A DNA stretch of 55,598 nucleotides from a virus. Taxonomy: Duplodnaviria > Caudoviricetes. The notes beneath the pieces are model-generated. The model was given only the letters and a program-made list of their open reading frames with translations, ran no database searches and had not been told where the DNA came from. The translations under genes were made by a program, and so were the position numbers. Below, piece by piece: positions 17,188 through 25,776 of the stretch. The stretch is from positions 1-55,598 of the IMG/VR virus record IMGVR_UViG_3300005805_000113. The stretch is one strand, 5' to 3'. Every line of letters starts with the position of its first letter. Position 1 is the stretch's first letter.

Positions 17188-18184
17188 TCTCGAACAAAAT
17201 ACAAAAAAGGTGTCCCTCAATTCCTGCTATGGAGCCGTGGGTAATGAACATCATAGGTTCTTTGATGTGCGTCAGGCCGAAGCCGTCACGATGACTGGAC
17301 AGATGATTATTCGCTATGTCGCGGACGAGGTGAATGCCTTTCTCAACAGCGAGTTCGGCACCAAGACGGACTATGTGCTGGCGAGTGACACCGACTCTAT
17401 CTATGTGAAACTCGCCCCCGTGGTCGCGAATATGCCCACAGCGGAAGCGATTGATTATCTCAACACATATTGCGAGAAAGATTTGCAGCGAGTCATCGAC
17501 AAGGCGTTTCGCACCATCGGAGAGACGTTCAACACGCAAGAGAATGTGTTGGCGATGAAGCGCGAAGCGATTGCGGAGCACGGCGTGTGGACGGCCAAGA
17601 AACGCTATCTGCTCTGGGTACACGACAACGAAGGCGTGCGGTTTGACCCCCCGAAGCTCAAGACCGTCGGCATCGAAGCGGTGCGGTCGTCCACGCCGAA
17701 GTATGCGCGACAGGTGATTAAGAAGGCGCTGGAATATTTCATTCGCGGCGACCAAGAGGGGTTCTATGCCTTGTTGGACGAAGCCGAACAAGGCTATCTC
17801 GCCCGCCCATTTGAAGAGATTGCCTCGCCGCGGTCGTGTAACGGCATGAATGACTATCCGATTCTCCCGAGTGGGCAGTTTACCAGTGGCACCCCGATTC
17901 AAGTCAAGGGGTCGCTGGTGTATAATCGGCACCTGAAAGACACGAACTTGGATAAACGCTATCCGAAGATTCGTGACGGCGAGAAGATTCGGTTCTGCTA
18001 TTTGAAGCCGCAGAATCCACTGCGGTGTAATGTGATTGCGGCCCCGAATACGTTGCCGCCGGAGTGGAAGTTGGAGCAGTTTCTTGATAGGCAAGAACAG
18101 TTTGAAAAGACGTTAGCCTCCCCGTTGGAGGCGATTATTGCCTGCGTGAACTGGACGATTCGACCGACGGCGACGTTGTTTTAG
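17108..18184 (+). CDS. gp43B: Family B DNA polymerase, C-terminal subunit (motifs B, C, thumb)
   Basis: KKVSLNSCYGAVGN, ASDTDSIY, MKRE.I, AKKRY, GIEAVRSSTP, terminal ..TLF clamp-binding tail; start could be 17126. Confidence 0.92.
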   Translation: MKNLKNMSDAELKAYAEHLQREHVRYNLEQNTKKVSLNSCYGAVGNEHHRFFDVRQAEAVTMTGQMIIRYVADEVNAFLNSEFGTKTDYVLASDTDSIYVKLAPVVANMPTAEAIDYLNTYCEKDLQRVIDKAFRTIGETFNTQENVLAMKREAIAEHGVWTAKKRYLLWVHDNEGVRFDPPKLKTVGIEAVRSSTPKYARQVIKKALEYFIRGDQEGFYALLDEAEQGYLARPFEEIASPRSCNGMNDYPILPSGQFTSGTPIQVKGSLVYNRHLKDTNLDKRYPKIRDGEKIRFCYLKPQNPLRCNVIAAPNTLPPEWKLEQFLDRQEQFEKTLASPLEAIIACVNWTIRPTATLF

Positions 18185-18215
18185 GCAAAGCAACAACTTA
18201 CGGGGGATATATTTC

Positions 18216-18244
18216 TTGACATTAGGGGGTGTCTAGAGTAAAAT
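18216..18244 (+). promoter_or_regulatory. sigma70-type promoter
   Basis: TTGACA-17 nt-TAAAAT. Confidence 0.7.
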
Positions 18245-18306
18245 ATAGGTATTGGAGTGGGAATGGCCCCATTCGCTGATATTAAAGAAAAGCTTCACCA
18301 ATCTGT

Positions 18307-21300
18307 ATGCTCAAAGCTGATACGAAAACGGCACACCTGTTCGACTGCACCCGTGAGGGCTTCTCGGGCGTTCTAACACCCAACCAAGTGCTTTTTTACA
18401 TAGCCGACACGTCCGATGGACAGGGTAACGCGGTAGACCCCTATAAAGGCGGGCAGACGTATCGACCCGGCTTGACGTTGTCGGAAGCATTTGCCGAACG
18501 GTACTCTGACCATTCAAATCGGCATACGCCTATTACTGCCGCGGGCTTCTACGTGATAAACACCGACAAGGGTATCCCCCAGAGCGGTGCGAATCGTCAG
18601 GGGTTCGCTTATGACGAATACATTCGCACCGAGATTATCAAGGCCCATCGTGCCGGTCGTATACCCTTTAGCGCGGTCGTTCATGCGACTTCGGGAAACG
18701 GCAACTCTGAACGTTTGCTGAATTTCAATCCCGGCACAGATCTCGACATCCTTGCCGATATTGTCAAGCAAGCGCAAGGTCTTCTCAAACGGCGTGATGT
18801 GCGACCGTTTCGGGTGTGGCGCTTCGGGCAGGTAGATGTCATCGATGACGTGTATCGGATCTTACAGTCGGACGGACAGTGTTTAGTCGCCGTTTATACG
18901 GGGGGTGGTAAGACAGTAGTGGCGGTCGAAGCTGTTACGCGTGTGCTTGAACCGACAGGTGGGCTCGTGCTTGTGCTGACGCCGGTGAGCGACACGAAGA
19001 ACGGATTTCGTGACGCCATCGAAGGTCCGTATGCCGTCGGTCTCGACCGCGATGTGACGAAGACATTCATCGACGGAAAGCATCTCGACCGTTACGATAT
19101 CGCCGCGCTCCGCGCACGAGCAGACAAGGGTGAAGTCATTTTCATCGTGGCCAACGTGCAGGACGCCCGCTATGATGACGGGAACGGTACGCTGCGCGAC
19201 AAGTACCAGCCGCTTGTGGGTCTGGTGGATGTCATCATCAACGACGAACGTCACAAAGAGTTCAACGCGGCACTGACCGCCAGTCGTCTGGCGGAACTGA
19301 CGGCCCCCTACGTGCTGAACCTGACGGCGACCCCCTACAACGTCTACTCGCTCTTTACTCGCGAACAGGTCGTCGCCCGCACACTCGTGTGGGCGCTGAC
19401 GCATCGCGACAAGACCGGTCTGCCGCAACCGCACATCCACTGTCTCGACACGCCACTCTCGTCCGTCGATCCCATCTTCGCGGAAGCGTATACAGCCGAA
19501 GAAGGGTTCGATCCGCGCAAGTGGTTTGCCCGCGAGAATGGCCTCTTTCTCAATGCGAAGGCGCTGATGAAGTTCGCCACGGTCGCGTATGACCAGCTTG
19601 ACTCGACCCACAAGAACGGGTGCTCGTTGAACGGACGCTGTGGTCTGTGGAAGTGCCCTGATGGTCAGAACGGCGACAGTGCGGCGAACTACCTCCCCGC
19701 ACTCGCAGAACTGCTGAACTCGACGCCCCGCGACGTGTTTTTCATCGACAGCTTCACGCTGGAGTCGCTCGCGAAGTCGCAGAACATCGGCATCGGTGCG
19801 TGTGTTGAACGGCTCCTGAACGAGAAGGGCCGCGTGACGGTGCTGACGTGCGAAAAGTTCCTGACGGGTACGGACATCGTCCCGCTCGATCACATTGTGC
19901 TCTTGGACAAGATGCAGAGTATCGCCAACTTTGAGCAGTTGATGGGCCGTATCTGTCGCGTGTGCCCCGGCAAGGATCAGGTGTGGTTCTACTGCGTCCA
20001 GCCGAACACGACACTGAAAGTGCTCCTCGGTCAGTTGGCAAAAGCGCAGTCCGCCGTCTCGTCGGGGGTCACGGAACGCGAAGTGCTGGCGTGCATGCCG
20101 CTCACGTACTATCAGAACGGTTGGAAGACGTTCAGCATCGAAGGCATCCTGTCCAGCGTACAGGAACACTTCTTGTCGCGGTTGCGTGATCGCGTGCCGG
20201 TGATGAGCATTGCCAAGGATCTGCTGGACAGTATGCATCTGCTTCAGGAGGCACCGGAGGGAAACTTCAAGGGGGCATCTGTAAACATCGACGCACTCAC
20301 CGACGACACGGGTGCGAAGGTCGCGAAGTCGAACACGAAGCCGTCCAAGAAACTGTCTGGGCAGATTGCGAAGACCTTAGTCACCAAGTGGGTGGAGTGC
20401 TTCCAGACGTTCGCTCAGGAGATGCGGCCTGCGGCGTGGATGACGGACGTGTACGACCTCGACGCGCTGTTGCGGGACAAGATGCTGGCGGAAATTTTTA
20501 CGGCAAAAGACATGAAGTATATTCGCCGTGTCCTAACTACGAATGAGGGGCTGCGGCGCACGTTTCAGAGTATACTGAACGAGGTGCGTGAGTCGTTTGC
20601 GGGACTCTCAGTGGAGCAGGCGCTCGATAGTGGCGTGTTCCTGAACACGAAACAGAAAGTGAATAAGGGTCTGGTATTCACACTGCTGGAGTTGGCGCGG
20701 AAAATGGTCAAGCGCATCCGTGCCAAATCTCCGAAACGGGTGCTGGTGGTCAATGCGAACAACGGCGCGATCGCGTTTGCCGTACAGGAAAAATGGCCGA
20801 ACGCGGAGATCATCTGTGCAGAAACACATAGTTACTACATGCCATGGCTGAAACGGAATGGATTTACTGTGGTGAAATGGAGCGAAAAGATGGCAGGATC
20901 GTTTACACCGGATGCACCGGATGTCATTGTTGGCAATCCGCCGTATCAGGATAGTGCGCGTAAAGCGGGTTCGCGAGAGAAACTCTGGACCAAAATTCTC
21001 GCACAGTCGATTGACATGCTGAATCCCGGTGGGTATATGTCCTTTGTGACTCCTGATTCTTGGTTGGGTCCATCGAAGGAACACTCGCTCATTTTCGACC
21101 AGCGTCTTATTTTTGTGGACCTGACCGTCGCCAAGCATTTCCCGAGTGTGGGGAGTTCGTTCTCGGCATGGGTGCTCCAGAAGGCAGCTCCCGATAAGTC
21201 GTTCACGCTTAGAACGACTACTGGCGACATTCAGGTGCCCATAAAGTCTATGGATTTTCTACCGAACGATATCTCCGCAGAGACGTTGAGTCTCATGCAG

Positions 21301-21774
21301 AAGTTCTATTTCTGTGGAGGTCCGCAGTTCTCGTTCACACGCAACACCGAGAACCACACACAAAAAGCGAACATTCGGGAGACAAAGACGCAAGAGTATT
21401 GCTACAAGGTCTTTCACACCGACTTGTGCTGGAGCAATCATCGAAACAGCAATTACGACAAGCCGAAGGTCATCATGACACGCAACTATACGTTTGAACC
21501 ACGGGTGCTTGAAGTTGGCGGTACGTCGGAGAACGTGTTTTTTCTTCCTGTGGCATCGAACGCCGAAGGTAAGCGAGTTGTTAAGGTACTGACGAGTAAA
21601 CTATACCGCGTGATGCTTCGTCTGTGCGTCTACAATCACTTCCTGCTTCGTCCGATTATCGTCAAGTCGCTTCCCGCTGTAGACCGTTCGATTGATTGGA
21701 CCGACGAGATGCTCTATGAGCACTTCAAACTCACGAAGGATGAGATTGCGTATGTCGAACAGTATGCCAAATAA
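18307..21774 (+). CDS. SF2 helicase / Eco57I-like N6-adenine methyltransferase fusion (restriction-modification-like)
   Basis: VYTGGGKT, INDERH, NLTATPY, FLTGTDI, QLMGRICR; C-terminal DVIVGNPPYQ, FVTPDSW and TRD-like tail. Confidence 0.8.
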   Translation: MLKADTKTAHLFDCTREGFSGVLTPNQVLFYIADTSDGQGNAVDPYKGGQTYRPGLTLSEAFAERYSDHSNRHTPITAAGFYVINTDKGIPQSGANRQGFAYDEYIRTEIIKAHRAGRIPFSAVVHATSGNGNSERLLNFNPGTDLDILADIVKQAQGLLKRRDVRPFRVWRFGQVDVIDDVYRILQSDGQCLVAVYTGGGKTVVAVEAVTRVLEPTGGLVLVLTPVSDTKNGFRDAIEGPYAVGLDRDVTKTFIDGKHLDRYDIAALRARADKGEVIFIVANVQDARYDDGNGTLRDKYQPLVGLVDVIINDERHKEFNAALTASRLAELTAPYVLNLTATPYNVYSLFTREQVVARTLVWALTHRDKTGLPQPHIHCLDTPLSSVDPIFAEAYTAEEGFDPRKWFARENGLFLNAKALMKFATVAYDQLDSTHKNGCSLNGRCGLWKCPDGQNGDSAANYLPALAELLNSTPRDVFFIDSFTLESLAKSQNIGIGACVERLLNEKGRVTVLTCEKFLTGTDIVPLDHIVLLDKMQSIANFEQLMGRICRVCPGKDQVWFYCVQPNTTLKVLLGQLAKAQSAVSSGVTEREVLACMPLTYYQNGWKTFSIEGILSSVQEHFLSRLRDRVPVMSIAKDLLDSMHLLQEAPEGNFKGASVNIDALTDDTGAKVAKSNTKPSKKLSGQIAKTLVTKWVECFQTFAQEMRPAAWMTDVYDLDALLRDKMLAEIFTAKDMKYIRRVLTTNEGLRRTFQSILNEVRESFAGLSVEQALDSGVFLNTKQKVNKGLVFTLLELARKMVKRIRAKSPKRVLVVNANNGAIAFAVQEKWPNAEIICAETHSYYMPWLKRNGFTVVKWSEKMAGSFTPDAPDVIVGNPPYQDSARKAGSREKLWTKILAQSIDMLNPGGYMSFVTPDSWLGPSKEHSLIFDQRLIFVDLTVAKHFPSVGSSFSAWVLQKAAPDKSFTLRTTTGDIQVPIKSMDFLPNDISAETLSLMQKFYFCGGPQFSFTRNTENHTQKANIRETKTQEYCYKVFHTDLCWSNHRNSNYDKPKVIMTRNYTFEPRVLEVGGTSENVFFLPVASNAEGKRVVKVLTSKLYRVMLRLCVYNHFLLRPIIVKSLPAVDRSIDWTDEMLYEHFKLTKDEIAYVEQYAK

Positions 21775-22237
21775 CATTGAACGTTCCGACGAGCGCATCA
21801 AGCAAACCGGCGAAGTCTTTACGCCCGCACCGCTCGTGAATGAGCTGCTCGACCGTATTCCTCGTGAGGTGTGGTCGAATCCCGAGAAGACGTTTCTTGA
21901 TCCGTCCTGCGGTGATGGTAACTTCCTTGTCGAAGTTCTTCGCCGGAAGATCGCGCACGGGAGCACGCCGACGCAAGCCCTCCAGACGACCTACGGGGTC
22001 GAACTCATGTCGGACAACGCCGAGGCGTGTCGGTACCGACTGCTAGAGATTGCGGGAGACACGGAAGACCACCGGTGGATTGTTGAACACAATATTGCCT
22101 GTGCGGATGCACTGACATTTAATTATTGGGAACCCACGTTGTTTGGGGATAAGGAATCGGCTCCGGCACGGGCAAAGAAGTCCAAGAAGAAAAACGTAGT
22201 CACATCAAATACTACTCCTATTGATGCACTAGTGTGA
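21764..22237 (+). CDS. Short N6-adenine methyltransferase subunit (SAM-binding half only)
   Basis: GEVFTP, FLDPSCGDGNFL, YGVEL..DN, NI.CADAL; no NPPY. Confidence 0.8.
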   Translation: MPNNIERSDERIKQTGEVFTPAPLVNELLDRIPREVWSNPEKTFLDPSCGDGNFLVEVLRRKIAHGSTPTQALQTTYGVELMSDNAEACRYRLLEIAGDTEDHRWIVEHNIACADALTFNYWEPTLFGDKESAPARAKKSKKKNVVTSNTTPIDALV

Positions 22238-22239
22238 AT

Positions 22240-22830
22240 ATGGCGCATACCCAACACAATACCGGCAATCAAGAGTGGTATACTCCTGAATGGATTATCG
22301 AGGCGGCCCGGCGCACAATGGGGCGAATCGATCTTGACCCCGCCTCGAACCCTATCGCGAATCAATGGATTCGAGCTGACCGCTACTTTACTCACGAGCA
22401 GAACGGATTGCTTCACGAATGGTCGGGCTGCGTCTGGCTCAATCCACCGTATGCCAATAAACTGATGACTGCGTTTATCGACAAACTGGAACAGTCATTG
22501 CCGACAATGGAGTCGGCGTGTGTGCTCACCAATAATGCCACCGAAACGCACTGGGGTCAACAATTATTGCGAATCTCGTCGGCAATATGTTTTCTTTCGC
22601 GGCGAGTGAAGTTTCTCACACCAGATGTCACGGTTAAGCACACGGGGTTGCAAGGTCAGATGGTGAGCTACATCGGCCCAGATGCCTCGACATTTATCGC
22701 CAACTTTAATTCATGCCGGATGGTCTATGCGTGGTTTGTCTGGAATAAAACGGCGAGTTGTCAGCAGCCGGTAATTAAATGGATAGACAACCATGCCTAT
22801 GTATTGGGAAAACATGATTCCGACTCTTGA
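22240..22830 (+). CDS. Phage Dam-like N6-adenine methyltransferase
   Basis: EWYTP, IDLDPAS, VWLNPPY, LTNNATET.W, RVKF. Confidence 0.85.
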   Translation: MAHTQHNTGNQEWYTPEWIIEAARRTMGRIDLDPASNPIANQWIRADRYFTHEQNGLLHEWSGCVWLNPPYANKLMTAFIDKLEQSLPTMESACVLTNNATETHWGQQLLRISSAICFLSRRVKFLTPDVTVKHTGLQGQMVSYIGPDASTFIANFNSCRMVYAWFVWNKTASCQQPVIKWIDNHAYVLGKHDSDS

Positions 22831-22846
22831 TGTATAATAGCACACG

Positions 22847-23653
22847 ATGCCTCACACCATATACAATAATAATTGTTTGGAAATACTTCCAACCCTATCC
22901 AAACATTCCGTAGATATGGTATTAGTTGATTTGCCCTACGGCACCACGGCGTGCGCATGGGATTGTGTTATTCCGTTTGACACCATGTGGTCGCTAATTC
23001 ATGCGGTTGTGAAGCCGTCCGCGGCGTTGGTGTTTACCGCACAACAACCATTTACGTCTATGTTGGCGTCCTCAAACATCAAAGAACTTCGGTATGAGTG
23101 GATATGGGAGAAGCCACAGGGTACTAATCCATTAAATGCGAAAGTGATGCCTCTCAAGGCCCATGAAAACGTGTTGGTGTTTTATCAAGAACGCCCGACT
23201 TATAATCCTCAAACGTGGTATTCCACACCATATCAAGGATTCAAAACACGAAATAAGAAAACAGTTGGCGAAGTCTATGGGGCGAGTGCGCATTCTGTTC
23301 ATCGTGATAATCCCGAAGGGGCGCGGTATCCAAAAAGTGTATTACGATTTGCGAGAGAAACCGGGTTTCATCCAACACAAAAACCGGTGGCATTAATGGA
23401 ATATCTCATCAAGACGTATACGAATCCGAATGATACCGTGCTTGATTTTACGATGGGTTCGGGAACAACGGGTGTGGCCTGCGCAAAATTAAATCGTCAA
23501 TTTATCGGCATAGAGTTGGAATCCAAATATTTTGATATCGCGCATACGCGAATGGGCGACGTGTATAACAATGCCGCATTTGATGTTGCCACACAAGAAA
23601 TTAATTTAAATCCGAATATTCATGATATACTTTCTCCACAAGGAGCCTCATAA
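22847..23653 (+). CDS. Beta-class N4-C/N6-A DNA methyltransferase
   Basis: DLPYG, WIWEK, HPTQKPVAL, VLDFTMGSGTTG, FIGIE. Confidence 0.92.
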   Translation: MPHTIYNNNCLEILPTLSKHSVDMVLVDLPYGTTACAWDCVIPFDTMWSLIHAVVKPSAALVFTAQQPFTSMLASSNIKELRYEWIWEKPQGTNPLNAKVMPLKAHENVLVFYQERPTYNPQTWYSTPYQGFKTRNKKTVGEVYGASAHSVHRDNPEGARYPKSVLRFARETGFHPTQKPVALMEYLIKTYTNPNDTVLDFTMGSGTTGVACAKLNRQFIGIELESKYFDIAHTRMGDVYNNAAFDVATQEINLNPNIHDILSPQGAS

Positions 23654-24558
23654 TGTCATTTTTTCGTGCCCTAATTAAAGACCTCCCCGCGATGACGACA
23701 ATTGCTGCCGATGGATTGAGTTCCTCGGAGTTTGATGGTTATATCAATACGGGCAGCTATACGCTGAACGCCGCCCTCAGTGGATCGTTGTTTGGCGGGA
23801 TGCCTAATAACAAAATTACCGTGTTCGCCGGTGACCCCGCAACAGGAAAAACCTTCTTCGTCTTGGGCGTCATCAAACAGTGGTTGGAAGATAACCCTGA
23901 CGGTGGGGTGATTTACTTCGACACCGAAAGCGCCGTGACCAACCAGATGTTGTCGGAACGGGGCATTGACCTCACTCGTATTGTGAAGTCAGAACCCGAA
24001 ACGATTGAGCAGTTTCGACAGACCGCGTTGCAGATTCTTGACCGCTACGACGAAACCCCACAGAAGGGGCGTCAGCCGATGTTGATGGTGCTGGACTCGC
24101 TCGGCAATCTGTCGAGTGCGAAGGAAGTCGAGGACATTCGTGCGGAGAAGGACACCCGCGATATGACCAAGGCGGGTCTCATTCGCGGCACCTTCCGTGT
24201 GTTGCGTCTGCGTCTGTCCAAGTTGAACGTGCCGATGATTTGCACCAACCATGTGTATAATGTCATCGGATGCCTGTCAGATTCCGCACATGTCATTATG
24301 TCAGATGGGTCTGTTAAGAATATTACGGATATTGCCGTTGGTGATATGGTTCAAACACTCAACGGGCCACATCCAGTCACTGACCTGTATCAGTATGATG
24401 TGAATGAAACCTATGATATTGAATTTGAAGATGGTACGATCGTTCAAGCCACTCCAAATCACAAGTTTATGACGGCAGATGGTCAGTGGGTTCGGGCGGA
24501 TGAACTAAGCGTAACGGATGAAGTTCGGGTTGGTGTTATGGATGAGGTGCCAGCGTAA
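23653..24558 (+). CDS. uvsX: UvsX/RecA recombinase N-extein (aa 1-206) fused to split intein N-fragment
   Basis: AGDPATGKT, FDTESA, VLDSLG, DMTKA, TNHVYNVIG then CLSDS...ATPNHKF (intein blocks A and B) and a stop. Confidence 0.92.
   Translation: MSFFRALIKDLPAMTTIAADGLSSSEFDGYINTGSYTLNAALSGSLFGGMPNNKITVFAGDPATGKTFFVLGVIKQWLEDNPDGGVIYFDTESAVTNQMLSERGIDLTRIVKSEPETIEQFRQTALQILDRYDETPQKGRQPMLMVLDSLGNLSSAKEVEDIRAEKDTRDMTKAGLIRGTFRVLRLRLSKLNVPMICTNHVYNVIGCLSDSAHVIMSDGSVKNITDIAVGDMVQTLNGPHPVTDLYQYDVNETYDIEFEDGTIVQATPNHKFMTADGQWVRADELSVTDEVRVGVMDEVPA
24271..24555 (+). mobile_element. Split intein N-fragment (95 aa)
   Basis: Starts Cys1 (TGC 24271); TPNH block-B motif; GQWVRADEL. Confidence 0.9.
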
Positions 24559-25164
24559 TTTGTTGTAGGTGTATCCTGTTTGACGAGCCGCTTCTCGCAA
24601 CCCATGATACAGATGCCCCTCAACAATCACCGCACGGCGACGAGGATCCGATAATGATTTTTTCTGACGACATTCGGGGCTACGAACTGCGGCGTTCCAT
24701 GTCTCCGATGTTTTTCTCGCGATTGCCATTTTTTCGGCGAGACCATTTTTCATTCGTTCGCGATACTCATCGGCATGCTGTAGTGAAGCAATTGAAAGTC
24801 GTTGACGTAATTCGGGATTGTTTTTATATGCTTCACGTAACGACTCCGAGCGTTTCTTTTTGGTTTCGCTGCTATGCGTTTTTCCTCGCAAACTTTCAGA
24901 AATTTTTTGACGCCATGATTCACTGCGAACAGGGTCTCTCACAAATTTTTGAAATGCGGCAGTTGCAAGTGCGATACGCAACTTTTCGGCTTCGGTGGTT
25001 TTGCCTGACAGCATTAGCCAGGCGATTTTGTCTTGAATTTTTCCGTATTGCTCGTATAAGATGCGATGGGCATCCGCGTGTTCCGATACGGTCAGTTCTA
25101 CAAGGTTGGTCGGATCGTCTGTGCCACCCATGTGCCGTGGTATAATATGATGCTTATGCTTCAT
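24505..25164 (-). CDS. Free-standing HNH/NUMOD3 homing endonuclease between the intein halves
   Basis: MKHKHHIIPRHMGGTDDPTNLVELT..EH..AH; GKTHSSETKKK; start moved to ATG 25164. Confidence 0.88.
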   Translation of the reverse strand: MKHKHHIIPRHMGGTDDPTNLVELTVSEHADAHRILYEQYGKIQDKIAWLMLSGKTTEAEKLRIALATAAFQKFVRDPVRSESWRQKISESLRGKTHSSETKKKRSESLREAYKNNPELRQRLSIASLQHADEYRERMKNGLAEKMAIARKTSETWNAAVRSPECRQKKSLSDPRRRAVIVEGHLYHGLREAARQTGYTYNKLRWHLIHNTNPNFIRYA

Positions 25165-25224
25165 AAACGTTTTACCTATCTCTCTATATATATGATTTGT
25201 TAAGTTTTCACGAAAGGGTATGAG

Positions 25225-25776
25225 ATGAAGATTACTAAGATTACAAAGAATACTGAACCGACAACGGTCTATGATTTTACGGTTAAAGATGTACACCATT
25301 ATATGCTAGACAACGGAGTGGTGACACACAACTCGTACGTGCCGACCAAAGCGATGAGCGGTGGGTCGGGCCTCATCTATGTCAGCGACTCCATCGCGAT
25401 GCTCTCCAAGTCAAAGGATCGCGACAAGGAAAAGAATATCATCGGGAGCATCGTCACCGCGAAGATGTATAAGTCGCGGCTCTCGCGAGAAAATAGTCAG
25501 GTTGATGTGCGTATCTCTTATTCGGGTGGCTTGGATAAGTATTATGGGCTGCTCGATATGGCCGTCGAGGCGGGAATGGTGGAGCACAGCGGAGGCAAGT
25601 ATACGTTCCCCGGCGGCAAGCCGGTGTTCGCAGGCAAGATTCAGGAAGCCCCCGAGAAGTTCTTCACCGATGCGTTCTTGCAAGAACTCAACGACAAGTA
25701 TGTGCGCCCGAACTTCAGTTATGGCGCGGGTGTGAGTGTCGCTCCGACTTCGACCGACGCTCCGGAGGAAGAATGA
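25225..25776 (+). CDS. uvsX: Split intein C-fragment (36 aa) fused to UvsX C-extein
   Basis: MKITKI...VYDFTV...HHYMLDNGVVTHN|SYVPTKAMSGGSG...KSRLSREN...GLDKYYGLL. Confidence 0.92.
   Translation: MKITKITKNTEPTTVYDFTVKDVHHYMLDNGVVTHNSYVPTKAMSGGSGLIYVSDSIAMLSKSKDRDKEKNIIGSIVTAKMYKSRLSRENSQVDVRISYSGGLDKYYGLLDMAVEAGMVEHSGGKYTFPGGKPVFAGKIQEAPEKFFTDAFLQELNDKYVRPNFSYGAGVSVAPTSTDAPEEE

Noticed and set aside
16200-17200. Group I intron, intein or stop read-through joining the polymerase halves
   Set aside because: The endonuclease ORF fills the gap and overlaps gp43B, no intron core or intein blocks are visible, and the ORF after the TAG is in another frame
14916-20238. Long minus-strand ORFs 14916-15827, 17141-18094 and 18883-20238
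   Set aside because: They lie opposite well-supported genes, carry no motifs, and are expected from codon bias
25165-25299. N-terminal extension of the antisense HNH ORF
   Set aside because: It overlaps the IntC coding region; the HNH motif begins at ATG 25164
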